Shown: positions 37,502 through 46,484 of the stretch, piece after piece
Layout of the letters: each line of letters begins with the position of its first letter
How positions within the stretch are numbered: position 1 is the first letter of the stretch
Source of the DNA: an uncultured Bacteroidales bacterium
Lineage (GTDB): Bacteria; Bacteroidota; Bacteroidia; Bacteroidales; VadinHA17
Assembly: GCA_963732435.1 (NCBI GenBank)
Contig: CAVSZL010000018.1
Coordinates: forward strand, 24,143 to 88,142
Reading direction: 5' to 3'
Length of the DNA stretch: 64,000 bases
Made by a program: the position numbers and the translations under genes
Notes under the pieces: model-generated
The model's database searches: none
Seen by the model: only the letters and a program-made list of their open reading frames with translations
Told to the model about the DNA's origin: nothing

Positions 37502-38833
37502 ATGGAAACAAGAAAGTTAAACAGGCGTGATTTCGTGACTAAATCATCGATCGGTTTAGTCGGTGTTGGGGCAGGACTTATTAGTAATGAACCAATTAAT
37601 CAGAATTCTTATCTTAAAAACATCCAGGAACAAACCAGAATAAAAGAATATAGAGCACTGGGGCGAACAGGTTTTAAAGTTTCGGATATTGGGTGTGGTA
37701 CAATAAGCATTTCCAATGAAAATGTTTTAAAATCAATTCTGACAGCAGGAGTAAATTTTATTGATACAGCTGATGCTTATAGTAATGGGAATAATGAAAT
37801 AATGGTTGGAAGAGCCATTAAAGACTTCAATAGGAGTTCTTTATTTATTAACACAAAAATATCTGTCTCGGAAAGTGACACCAAAGATAGTATTGTATTA
37901 CGGGCAAGAAAGTGTCTGGAAAGACTAGATACTGACTATCTGGATGGACTGATGCTCTGGAATGTTAAGTCGGTAAATGAGACTAAGAATAAAGCTTTTC
38001 ATCAGGCTGTTAAACAATTGAAAAGTGAGGGCCGGGTTAAATTTTGCGGTGTTTCATGCCACGGATCAAATTATGTCGATGAGCCAAAAGAAACCATGGA
38101 CAAGATAATCGGCACAGCAGCTGAGAGTGGTCGATTTGATTTAGTGATGTTTGTATATAATTATGTTCAACAGAAGATGGGTGAAAATATTCTGAAGGCG
38201 TGCGCAAAAAAGAATATTGGTACTACACTCATGAAGACAGATCCCTTTGGAGGATATTTCTTGAATATTGTAGAACTTGTTAACAATTCTAAAAGGGATA
38301 ATAAAACTATACCTGAGAATCAGCAGAAAGTATATGATAAGATTTTAAAAAAACAGGCAGAAGCAAAACCTTTTTTGCAAAAATACGGCTATTCAAACAA
38401 TGATACCTTTAGAGAGGCAGCTATTGGTTTTGGATTAAATAATCAATCTGTGAATTCTGTCCTTATAACATTCAGGAATTTCAATGATGTAAATGATTAT
38501 ATTAATTTGTCGGGGTCCAGACTGACGGAGCAAAATCTATCCATGATTGATTCTTTAAAAAATACATTCGGGAGTTTATATTGCCGCCATGCGTGTGGAC
38601 AATGTGAAAATCTTTGCCCCCATGCTGTGCCAATAAACACAATTATGAGATATAACCATTATTTTATGGCACAATCCCGCGAGAAATATTCTATCAAAAA
38701 ATATTTAAAATTATCTGGAGAAAAAGCTGACAAATGCTCAGATTGCGAGGGATTCTGTGAGCAGGCATGTCCGCATAATGTATCAATACAAGCTCTTTTA
38801 TCCATTGCTCACCAAAATTTAAGTCTTTCATAG
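37502..38833 (+). CDS. Aldo/keto reductase with Tat leader and C-terminal 4Fe-4S domain
   Basis: LNRRDFV leader; RALGRTGFKVSDIG, FIDTADAY; CRHACGQCENLCP and CSDCEGFCEQACP. Confidence 0.9.
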   Translation: METRKLNRRDFVTKSSIGLVGVGAGLISNEPINQNSYLKNIQEQTRIKEYRALGRTGFKVSDIGCGTISISNENVLKSILTAGVNFIDTADAYSNGNNEIMVGRAIKDFNRSSLFINTKISVSESDTKDSIVLRARKCLERLDTDYLDGLMLWNVKSVNETKNKAFHQAVKQLKSEGRVKFCGVSCHGSNYVDEPKETMDKIIGTAAESGRFDLVMFVYNYVQQKMGENILKACAKKNIGTTLMKTDPFGGYFLNIVELVNNSKRDNKTIPENQQKVYDKILKKQAEAKPFLQKYGYSNNDTFREAAIGFGLNNQSVNSVLITFRNFNDVNDYINLSGSRLTEQNLSMIDSLKNTFGSLYCRHACGQCENLCPHAVPINTIMRYNHYFMAQSREKYSIKKYLKLSGEKADKCSDCEGFCEQACPHNVSIQALLSIAHQNLSLS

Positions 38834-39007
38834 GTAATTGGAATTATTATAAGAGTATATCCTTACGATTGTATATGCAATTAGTAAATATATTGTGACT
38901 GAATACAAACTTTTATTTCATCAATTTTTTGACACCGGACTGTAACCTGACATCATTAAATAAATTTCCTGATTTAACTGTTGTATACAAAACTAAATTT
39001 GTCAATT

Positions 39008-39511
39008 ATGAAAAAATTTCTGGTTATTCTATTTACAATTGCAATCGTTGGTTGTACCAATCAGGCAAACGATTTGACTGAAGCAGAAAAAGAATCCATT
39101 ATCAAAGAAGTTAAACAGGACTTTTATGCTATGGTGGAGGCATGCAATACTGCAGATCTTAACAATGCCCTCAAACTTTATTGGAACTCGCCGGAATTCC
39201 TGGGGATTGGATCTGACGGATCAATAGTTGATTACCCGCAATTTAAAAAGGCTAACGAAGAATATTTTGGATCGATTTCTTCTCAGAAATTTGTTACTGT
39301 AAAAGAGAGTTTCAAATTTCTTGATGTCAATCATATTCTTTCATCATGGCAAGGAACAAATGAGGCGATACTAAAATCTGGAGAAAAAATGACCTTTAGT
39401 TCTTTTGGAGTCACTAGCATATTCAAAAAAGTTGATGGCAGTTGGAAAATAATCTATTTTCATGAGTCTGGAATTCCTCCAACAGTGACTAATTCCGAAG
39501 CAGACAATTAG
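39008..39511 (+). CDS. NTF2-like (SnoaL/DUF4440) lipoprotein
   Basis: Lipobox IVGC; FKKVDGSWKIIYFHES. Confidence 0.8.
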   Translation: MKKFLVILFTIAIVGCTNQANDLTEAEKESIIKEVKQDFYAMVEACNTADLNNALKLYWNSPEFLGIGSDGSIVDYPQFKKANEEYFGSISSQKFVTVKESFKFLDVNHILSSWQGTNEAILKSGEKMTFSSFGVTSIFKKVDGSWKIIYFHESGIPPTVTNSEADN

Positions 39512-39574
39512 TTGAATTCACTCTTTACACCAGGAATATTACTGACTATTAAGAAATAATAAAATACACCTAAT

Positions 39575-39680
39575 CCTGACATGAACGGGGCAATGAAAAA
39601 CTTCCCATCTTACGGGTCTACTTGTCCCGTGAAACGGGAAGTTGTTCCGATTTATCGGGAGACTCACATTATCAGTAATT
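39575..39680 (+). repeat. Composite attC-like repeat, copy 4 of 4
   Basis: CCTGACATGAACGGGGCAATGAAAAACTTCCCATCTTACGGG...TCCCGTGAAACGGGA...TCCGATTTATCGGGAGACTC. Confidence 0.8.
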
Positions 39681-39732
39681 TTAGAGAATAGTCAGTATAT
39701 TTAAGAATTAAATGGAAAAATAAAATAAGAAG

Positions 39733-40521
39733 ATGAAGCAGAAAATTTATCAGGTAGATGCATTTACTGACAAGGTTTTTTCGGGTAATCCGGCAGCAGT
39801 TTGTCCACTTGACCAATGGTTGAGTGATGATATTATGCAAAAGATAGCTAATGAAAACAACCTTTCTGAAACAGCATTTTATGTTAAGCAGGATAATCAA
39901 TATCTAATAAGGTGGTTTACTCCTTCAGTTGAAGTTGACCTCTGCGGACACGCCACTTTGGCGTCAGCTTATGTTTTATTCAATTACGAAAACCATAATG
40001 AAAATATAATCAATTTTTATTCTCATCGAAGCGGAGCATTAAGTGTAACCAAAAAACATGATTTACTTACACTAAATTTCCCTGCTGATATATATAAAGA
40101 AACAGAATTGACAGAGGAAATAACCAAATGTTTTAATATTAAACCAAAATCAGCATTTAAGGGAAAGACAGACATCATGCTTGTTTTTGACAATGAGGAA
40201 GATATCAGGAATACAATTCCGAAGTTTGAATTGATTTCTGAATTAAAAGTGCGTGGAATTATTATCACAGCCAAAGGCAAAGATGTTGATTTCGTTTCCA
40301 GATTTTTTGGTCCTCAATCAGGTGTTAATGAAGATCCGGTAACAGGTTCGGCTCATACAACATTAACTCCGTATTGGGCAAAACAACTTGGCAAAACAGA
40401 GTTAAAAGCAATACAACTTTCAGAACGGATGGGATATTTGAAGTGTACTTATCTGAATGACAGAGTGGAAATTAGTGGTCAGGGAAAATTGTATTTAACC
40501 GGCGAAATATTCATTGAATAG
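39733..40521 (+). CDS. PhzF-family epimerase/isomerase
   Basis: VDAFT...GNPAAV, NLSETAF, RWFTP..EVDLCGHATLAS, EDPVTGSAH. Confidence 0.95.
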   Translation: MKQKIYQVDAFTDKVFSGNPAAVCPLDQWLSDDIMQKIANENNLSETAFYVKQDNQYLIRWFTPSVEVDLCGHATLASAYVLFNYENHNENIINFYSHRSGALSVTKKHDLLTLNFPADIYKETELTEEITKCFNIKPKSAFKGKTDIMLVFDNEEDIRNTIPKFELISELKVRGIIITAKGKDVDFVSRFFGPQSGVNEDPVTGSAHTTLTPYWAKQLGKTELKAIQLSERMGYLKCTYLNDRVEISGQGKLYLTGEIFIE

Positions 40522-40559
40522 AAGAACTACAGGAAAATCCCTTTAGAACTCAAATCTCT

Positions 40560-41318
40560 CTAATCACTCTTATTAGTATACTTATACATGAAAGTTGTTA
40601 CTAGCTTCTTTCCCGGATTCCCGTTAAAATATGTTGAGGTGCTTGTCCTTTGAGTCACCAGTCCTTCCTGGTTTAAAACATATTGAAAATGAGTTTCCAC
40701 CCTGCTTGATGCCATAGGAAACTGAAAGACCTCTTCCATTATAAGATTTTTGTTCAGGCGACCAAAATAAGGTCCTTTAAAGTAACGGATATCGATAATG
40801 TTATTAATCGAATTATACTCATAATAGATTTTATTCGAACCGATCTTTGTCATCGTTCTGTTGCCATTTGAGTAGGTATGGACTTCCTTCATGGGATTAT
40901 CTGAATCATCAGATATAAAATATCCATTTGCATCATATTTGAATTTCAGTCCATTGCTGGCACTATCAACAAGTCCTGCTTCATTAAGGAAATAGGTAAT
41001 TATCAGTGATCCGTCATCAGAATATTTCTTAACGGTTATATCCGAATACTCGTAAGAGAATTTATCAGTCAAATTGTGATCATCAGTATGAGCGACACTT
41101 AGAATGTTATTTGAATTATCAATCTCAATGATATAGCTGTCCTCATAACTTTCACTATCATCTTTTGAACATGATACCGGAAACAAGATTATCATGAACA
41201 GGGAAAGGATTATCCTGAAATGCAATGAGTTCAGTTTTTTTTGTGATCCCTCCATCTGTTTGCTGGCTATTAGCTTTTTTATATGTACAAAGTTATTAAA
41301 CAGAGAAACATAAGTCAA
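40560..41318 (-). CDS. Hypothetical lipoprotein with YD-like short beta repeats
   Basis: Lipobox PVSC; Y-x-Y-D/N repeats; true start probably downstream of 41318. Confidence 0.65.
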   Translation of the reverse strand: MTYVSLFNNFVHIKKLIASKQMEGSQKKLNSLHFRIILSLFMIILFPVSCSKDDSESYEDSYIIEIDNSNNILSVAHTDDHNLTDKFSYEYSDITVKKYSDDGSLIITYFLNEAGLVDSASNGLKFKYDANGYFISDDSDNPMKEVHTYSNGNRTMTKIGSNKIYYEYNSINNIIDIRYFKGPYFGRLNKNLIMEEVFQFPMASSRVETHFQYVLNQEGLVTQRTSTSTYFNGNPGKKLVTTFMYKYTNKSD

Positions 41319-41349
41319 AAAAAAAGGAAAAGAAGCCCGCAGTACTTAG

Positions 41350-41433
41350 AGAATGACACGTAGTAAATGACGGCGCAGCCCAATGACAACAGAATGACAT
41401 GCAGTAAATGACGCGCGCAGCGCAAATGACACC
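41350..41433. repeat. Tandem ~41-bp duplication built of AATGAC units
   Basis: AGAATGACACGTAGTAAATGACGGCGCAGCCCAATGACAAC / AGAATGACATGCAGTAAATGACGCGCGCAGCGCAAATGACACC. Confidence 0.75.
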
Positions 41434-41444
41434 AGATTTTCCAA

Positions 41445-42407
41445 TTACTTCTTCAGTCCCCCCATCCATTCTACGATAGTCCCTGCTCCATTAATCACAG
41501 TCGATTTCCCATGTGAGCCTCCCCTGACTGTTAAATAACTCTTATTTATCCCTTTCCACGCAGAATAGATCTCATCACATCCGGATTTATCAACAATATT
41601 GTCATTTTCGCCATACAGCAGAAGTAACGGAACGTTTACCATCCGGGCATTTTCAGTCATTGCATCCATTATTTTTTTTGATGCAGACATACTGCGCATG
41701 CTGAAGTATTTAACCAGAAGAGAATCTCTATTCCTTTGTTCCGATTCAAGGCTGTCAGTTTCATCTGCTATTAATGCTGGATCTCCGGCCATGTTTACAA
41801 CAGGGGCATGAGGAGCAAAAATATAATATCCAATATACTTCAGGTAATCGGAGAAGCCAGGACTCATCCCCTTTGCAGGCTTAAGTTTGTATGGAGGATT
41901 TACAAGTATCAGGCCATCTGATCCGGGTAGTTTCACCGCTACTTCAATGGCAAATGCACACGACATGCTGTGACCAAACAGGAAAATCTTCTTATTCTCA
42001 TCTGAGTAAGAGCTGTCTCTTTTGATAATTTCACAATAATCTTCAATAATATCCCCCGGGTCAGTGTCTCCCCTTTCACCTTCAGAGTAACCTGTTCCCC
42101 GCGGGTGAACGACAACAACACGGTTTTCATTATTGCTTAATAATTCAATAATATCCTTCTCACTTATATGATTTATTCCGGTTATTCCGGATATAATAAA
42201 TATTGTATTCTTAAAATCACCAACAGGAACATACTCATAAACAAAGATTTTTATTCCATCTCTCACAGTGATAAAGGTGTCAGCCTGGTTCTCCACTTGC
42301 ATCGGACGATCAGGGTTCTTCTTTCCGGTACAGAAGTTTAGCAACATAAATACTGAAAACATTGTTGTTATTAATATCAGAGATATTCTCAGATAAGTCT
42401 TCGTCAT
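41445..42407 (-). CDS. Alpha/beta hydrolase (lysophospholipase/S33-like)
   Basis: RGTGYSEG, FGHSMS (GxSxS nucleophile elbow), LLYGENDNIV, GGSH. Confidence 0.85.
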   Translation of the reverse strand: MTKTYLRISLILITTMFSVFMLLNFCTGKKNPDRPMQVENQADTFITVRDGIKIFVYEYVPVGDFKNTIFIISGITGINHISEKDIIELLSNNENRVVVVHPRGTGYSEGERGDTDPGDIIEDYCEIIKRDSSYSDENKKIFLFGHSMSCAFAIEVAVKLPGSDGLILVNPPYKLKPAKGMSPGFSDYLKYIGYYIFAPHAPVVNMAGDPALIADETDSLESEQRNRDSLLVKYFSMRSMSASKKIMDAMTENARMVNVPLLLLYGENDNIVDKSGCDEIYSAWKGINKSYLTVRGGSHGKSTVINGAGTIVEWMGGLKK

Positions 42408-42411
42408 AGTA

Positions 42412-43341
42412 TTATGTTTTTCTTTTCCTTGCCTTCATTTCCATTGGCAGAATACTATGATATACAAATCTGTTGACAGGGGTATCAACTCCAAATTTCT
42501 CCCCAAGCCTCACTACAGTGCCATTTTGATATTCAATTTCTGATGGTTTCCCTTCCCACACATCCCTTGTTAATGATGATGTCGATCCGTATGGGTAGGA
42601 ATCGATTACCGAAACAGTTTTTTCTACGAAGCCGGGTTCTATTTTTATTCCGACTTTTTGTGATAACAGATATATTTCATTCAGTAATTCAATCATAAGT
42701 TGCCTGGTCTCCTCTAATTCCCTTAATTCACCATATGTTGTTTTCGTAATAGCCAGTAATCCGCTGACACAAATTCCGATGAATTTTTTCCAAAGATCGC
42801 TGGTTATATCCTTTGAGATTTTTGAACTGATCCCCGCCTTATCAAACATTGCTTTTATATTACTGACCCTTTCTGTTATAGTATTGTCCATCTCACCGAA
42901 AAGGATTGATGGTTCCATCCCAAAATGATTTATTACTCCCGGGGCTTCAATTTTGCTTATTATCCGGCATAATCCTCCGATAATATTCTCATTTCTGATA
43001 TTCTTTATAAGTTCCTCAGCAGCCATTACACCGTTTTGTAATGGTATAATTGTTGAATCATTTTTCAAAAGAGGAATTAACTCTTTGGAAATGTCTCCAA
43101 CCTGCCATGCCTTAACACAAAGGATTACAAGATCAGTTAAACCAATTGTATCCATTCGGTCGGTAATTTTAACATTATCAAGAGTAAAATCACCTTGAAT
43201 ACTCTTGACTGTCAGCCCATTTTCCTTAATTGCTTTCAGATGTGCTCCTCTTGCAAGAAAAGTAACATCATATCCGGCCTTAGCCAGCTTTCCGCCGAAA
43301 TAACCTCCGACACCGCCGGTTCCGATTATTGCTATTTTCAT
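42412..43341 (-). CDS. panE: 2-dehydropantoate 2-reductase
   Basis: IGTGGVGGYFG, ILCVKAW, LQNG, LWKKF, SSLTRD...KPSEIE..NG. Confidence 0.9.
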   Translation of the reverse strand: MKIAIIGTGGVGGYFGGKLAKAGYDVTFLARGAHLKAIKENGLTVKSIQGDFTLDNVKITDRMDTIGLTDLVILCVKAWQVGDISKELIPLLKNDSTIIPLQNGVMAAEELIKNIRNENIIGGLCRIISKIEAPGVINHFGMEPSILFGEMDNTITERVSNIKAMFDKAGISSKISKDITSDLWKKFIGICVSGLLAITKTTYGELRELEETRQLMIELLNEIYLLSQKVGIKIEPGFVEKTVSVIDSYPYGSTSSLTRDVWEGKPSEIEYQNGTVVRLGEKFGVDTPVNRFVYHSILPMEMKARKRKT

Positions 43342-43392
43342 GATAGAAATATCAATTCATTTATAATTACAATTGGTGTTCGAAGAAGACTT

Positions 43393-44352
43393 TTATTTAT
43401 TGAAATATCTGTCAACCGAGTGTTTATATTCTTTAAACACCTTCATTTTTTCAATAGAGTTTTTACAATAATCATAAAGAGTACTATACATAACTTCCAT
43501 TTCGTCGGGCGAAGATTTTATATGACCCTCAAACATTATCCTCATAGCCTCTTGTTTATAAAGTATTTTCGAGTATATGGCTAATGATAACGAGGGAAGG
43601 TGGTATATGTAGTAAGGATAGACAGTTCTGCTGTTTATTCCCTCTTTCCTGAAATGAGAAAAACATTCTCTCATTGCCCTGTATGAGTCCTGAATAACAC
43701 TGATTTTACAGAAGTCTTCATAGCTCTTTCCTGTTAAATACGATGCCAGTGCACATGCAGCCCATACATAGTGGAGCTTGAGGTAGGCAACTATATTTTT
43801 CGAATATGAGGGTTTAAGTTTACTAAATTTCAGTTCACGGAAAATGTCCTTCTCTACTTGTTTTTCAGCATTACCAATATTACCGATAACCATACTGTTT
43901 ATAAAACTATTGAAAATTGAACATTCAATCTTATTGCCACTTCTGCCTCCTCCCATTATGAATGGATATAAAAAAGATACATTCTTCCCGAGCAGACTTT
44001 CTATTTCATCATAATCATAAAGGCCGATATTTTGCATTATAAACACCGGGATCCTTTTAAAATACTCATTATACTCCTTCAGTAAACTGATTAGCTGATT
44101 CGATTTTACGGAAAGCAGAAGTGCGTCATAATTATCAATGTTGTTCAATGAATCGATAAAGCCGGGCATATACCTGACTGTTGATGTCCCGTTTTTTCTT
44201 TTCCTTAAATCACAACAGGTGATCTCTATTCCTTTTAGTTTAAAGTCGCCTATTTTATCTCTTCTGACGAAATGTGTAATGTCATTTCGGTTTTGTAATT
44301 GCCAGCCTGTTATGCTGCCAATTACCCCCGTACCAAATATTAATATTTTCAT
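43393..44352 (-). CDS. Ketopantoate-reductase-family protein (divergent)
   Basis: IFGTGVIGS Rossmann motif, LSVKSNQ, MQN. Confidence 0.75.
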   Translation of the reverse strand: MKILIFGTGVIGSITGWQLQNRNDITHFVRRDKIGDFKLKGIEITCCDLRKRKNGTSTVRYMPGFIDSLNNIDNYDALLLSVKSNQLISLLKEYNEYFKRIPVFIMQNIGLYDYDEIESLLGKNVSFLYPFIMGGGRSGNKIECSIFNSFINSMVIGNIGNAEKQVEKDIFRELKFSKLKPSYSKNIVAYLKLHYVWAACALASYLTGKSYEDFCKISVIQDSYRAMRECFSHFRKEGINSRTVYPYYIYHLPSLSLAIYSKILYKQEAMRIMFEGHIKSSPDEMEVMYSTLYDYCKNSIEKMKVFKEYKHSVDRYFNK

Positions 44353-44360
44353 AACTGTAT

Positions 44361-44633
44361 TTATCTATAATTTACCAAAGGAAGTGCTTTAGGAGTATTA
44401 ACCGGAGGGATTTGCCCAGAGAAGTAATCTGCTCCCGGCATTGTTTGCGAAAAACCTTCAGTTACCAGTAGCATAAAAAAAGGGGACATTGCATTATCCC
44501 TTTCAATATAATTGGTAAACCCGGTATACAAAGAAAAAATATGAACTTTATCTGATTGAATAGTATCAATAACCTGAGCCTGTGTCAGTCCCGGGTTAAA
44601 AAACAGCATAAGAATTGCAATGTTAAGTCTCAT
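44361..44633 (-). pseudogene. Short exported-protein fragment
   Basis: Signal peptide plus ~30 aa, then drifts; probably a truncated outer-membrane protein gene. Confidence 0.35.
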
Positions 44634-44670
44634 TAACTTTGTCAGGATCAGGGTTTGTACTTCTGTATTC

Positions 44671-45333
44671 CTATCTTATTATCTCAGTACTTTTATTTTC
44701 AAACAATGCATGAGGTTTTTCAATAAAACGATCATTCATTAAATTGAAAACAAGAAAACCGAAGGCTATAAATACCATCAAAATAAGTATTTGGTATTTC
44801 GACGTTTTCTGAATATCCTGCCTTTGCTTTACATCACATACTTCGCCCGGGCAATATTGTACTTTATCTTTAAAAAAGAGGGGATAGAACAAACAGCCCA
44901 GACAAATCCCAAAAGCCGATTCAAAGAACAGAAATACCAGGCAGATCAGACAAATAATTCCTGTTATAGGGCTATAGGCATTTACTATAATAAAAAAGTA
45001 AAACATTATGGCCGATAATACTACGCCAATAATCCAGGCAAACTTTTTTTGGGCAGCTCCAACATATTCAGGATTTTGATTCCGGACAATCAAGCGTGCA
45101 AGAATCAGAGTTGGTGAAAATATTGGATTAATAAAAACCCGGATGAGGAAATCTGCCAGAAAAAAAGTAATCACATACTTTATTGGAACAAAGTTTTCTT
45201 TAAAAAGGATAAACATTAATGATGTGAAGGTGGCCAGAAACAGTAATCCTGCAGCTGCTCTGATTTCCCGTTCGTTTAAAACCGGGATATTATATCCTTC
45301 CACATCCTCTCCGAACTTTACTATTTTTTTCAT
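44671..45333 (-). CDS. DUF4395-family membrane protein
   Basis: NEREIRAAAG, QKKFAW.IG, FFESAFGICLGC. Confidence 0.85.
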   Translation of the reverse strand: MKKIVKFGEDVEGYNIPVLNEREIRAAAGLLFLATFTSLMFILFKENFVPIKYVITFFLADFLIRVFINPIFSPTLILARLIVRNQNPEYVGAAQKKFAWIIGVVLSAIMFYFFIIVNAYSPITGIICLICLVFLFFESAFGICLGCLFYPLFFKDKVQYCPGEVCDVKQRQDIQKTSKYQILILMVFIAFGFLVFNLMNDRFIEKPHALFENKSTEIIR

Positions 45334-45380
45334 TTTTGTTATTATTTTATAGAATTATGTGTATTGTAATATATATATAA

Positions 45381-46350
45381 TTAATGCACTACTGTTAAAA
45401 CAACATTTCCTTTTTTATGACCTTTTTCAACATAGGCATGAGCTTCCCGTAATTCCTCTAATTGAAAATGTTTGTCAATTACAGTTTTTAATTTTCCTTC
45501 TTCAATCAGCTTTCTGATAAAATTAAGCGATTCAGTTTTATTAAGAGACATTGCAAAAATCACCCTCTTCTTATTTCCCGGTTTTGTCAGAAGTGATTGG
45601 AAAATCAGCTTAAGAGTCATTACCGTGGCAACATATTTGCCATTGCTTGAAAGAGCTTTCTTACAGTGGGAAAAAGAGCTTTTTCCCACTGTATCAAATA
45701 TTATATCGTAAATATCGCCGGTTTTTGTAAGATCTTCTTTTGTATAATCCACAACCTTATCGGCTCCCAGTGACTTAACCAACTCAATATTATTTGTGCT
45801 GCATACTCCTGTAACCTCTGCTCCGAAATATTTAGCAAGTTGCACAGCAAACGTTCCGATACTACCTGATGCCCCATTAATAAGAACTTTCTGCCCTTTT
45901 TGAATATTGGCTTTCTCTTTAAGAAAGAACAGGGCAGTTGTTGCACCATCAACAACTGAGGCAGCTTCCTCAAAAGTCATATTAGTCCGGTTTTACAGCC
46001 AGCGACCCATTTTCATTCATACATTTATACTGTGCATAACAACCCGTACCAAAGCCTCTGAATGCAAAAACTTCATCTCCGGGTTTGAACTTTTCTACCT
46101 TTCCCCCCACTGCTTCAATTATACCAGAGAATTCAGTTCCCAAGATTTGAAACTTTACTTTTGGTTTAAAGAGCCCCAATAATATTCTGCTCAGAAAGGT
46201 GTCCCCTCTTCGCATCATGCAATCGGCAGATGTAACTGAAGTCGCAAGAACTCTGATCAGAACTTCATTAGGTTCAGGTGCAGGTTTTACCCCCTCAGCA
46301 GGTTCAAGCACATTTGGAGGGCCATACTTTTTGTATACAATTGCTTTCAT
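45381..46350 (-). pseudogene. NAD(P)-dependent MDR oxidoreductase (alcohol-dehydrogenase-like) split by a +1 frameshift
   Basis: MKAIVYKKYGPP...LAVKPD* then MTFEEAA..GASGSIG; one extra base near 45983-45985 (normal reading [11 protein letters not shown]). Could be a sequencing error. Confidence 0.8.
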
Positions 46351-46484
46351 CCTATTTTTTATCAATTGGGTTTATAATAATTCCCTTAAATGACAACCAA
46401 ATCCCGAATATTATCTGAAAAATGCTGACAGGTAAACTACCGATCAGTTGAATGAATAATAAACCTGCATTTTAATCAGACTTT

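Noticed and set aside
21069-40521. CRISPR interpretation of the recurring intergenic repeats
   Set aside because: Repeats are 60-240 bp, degenerate and separated by whole genes, not by 30-40 bp spacers; no cas genes.
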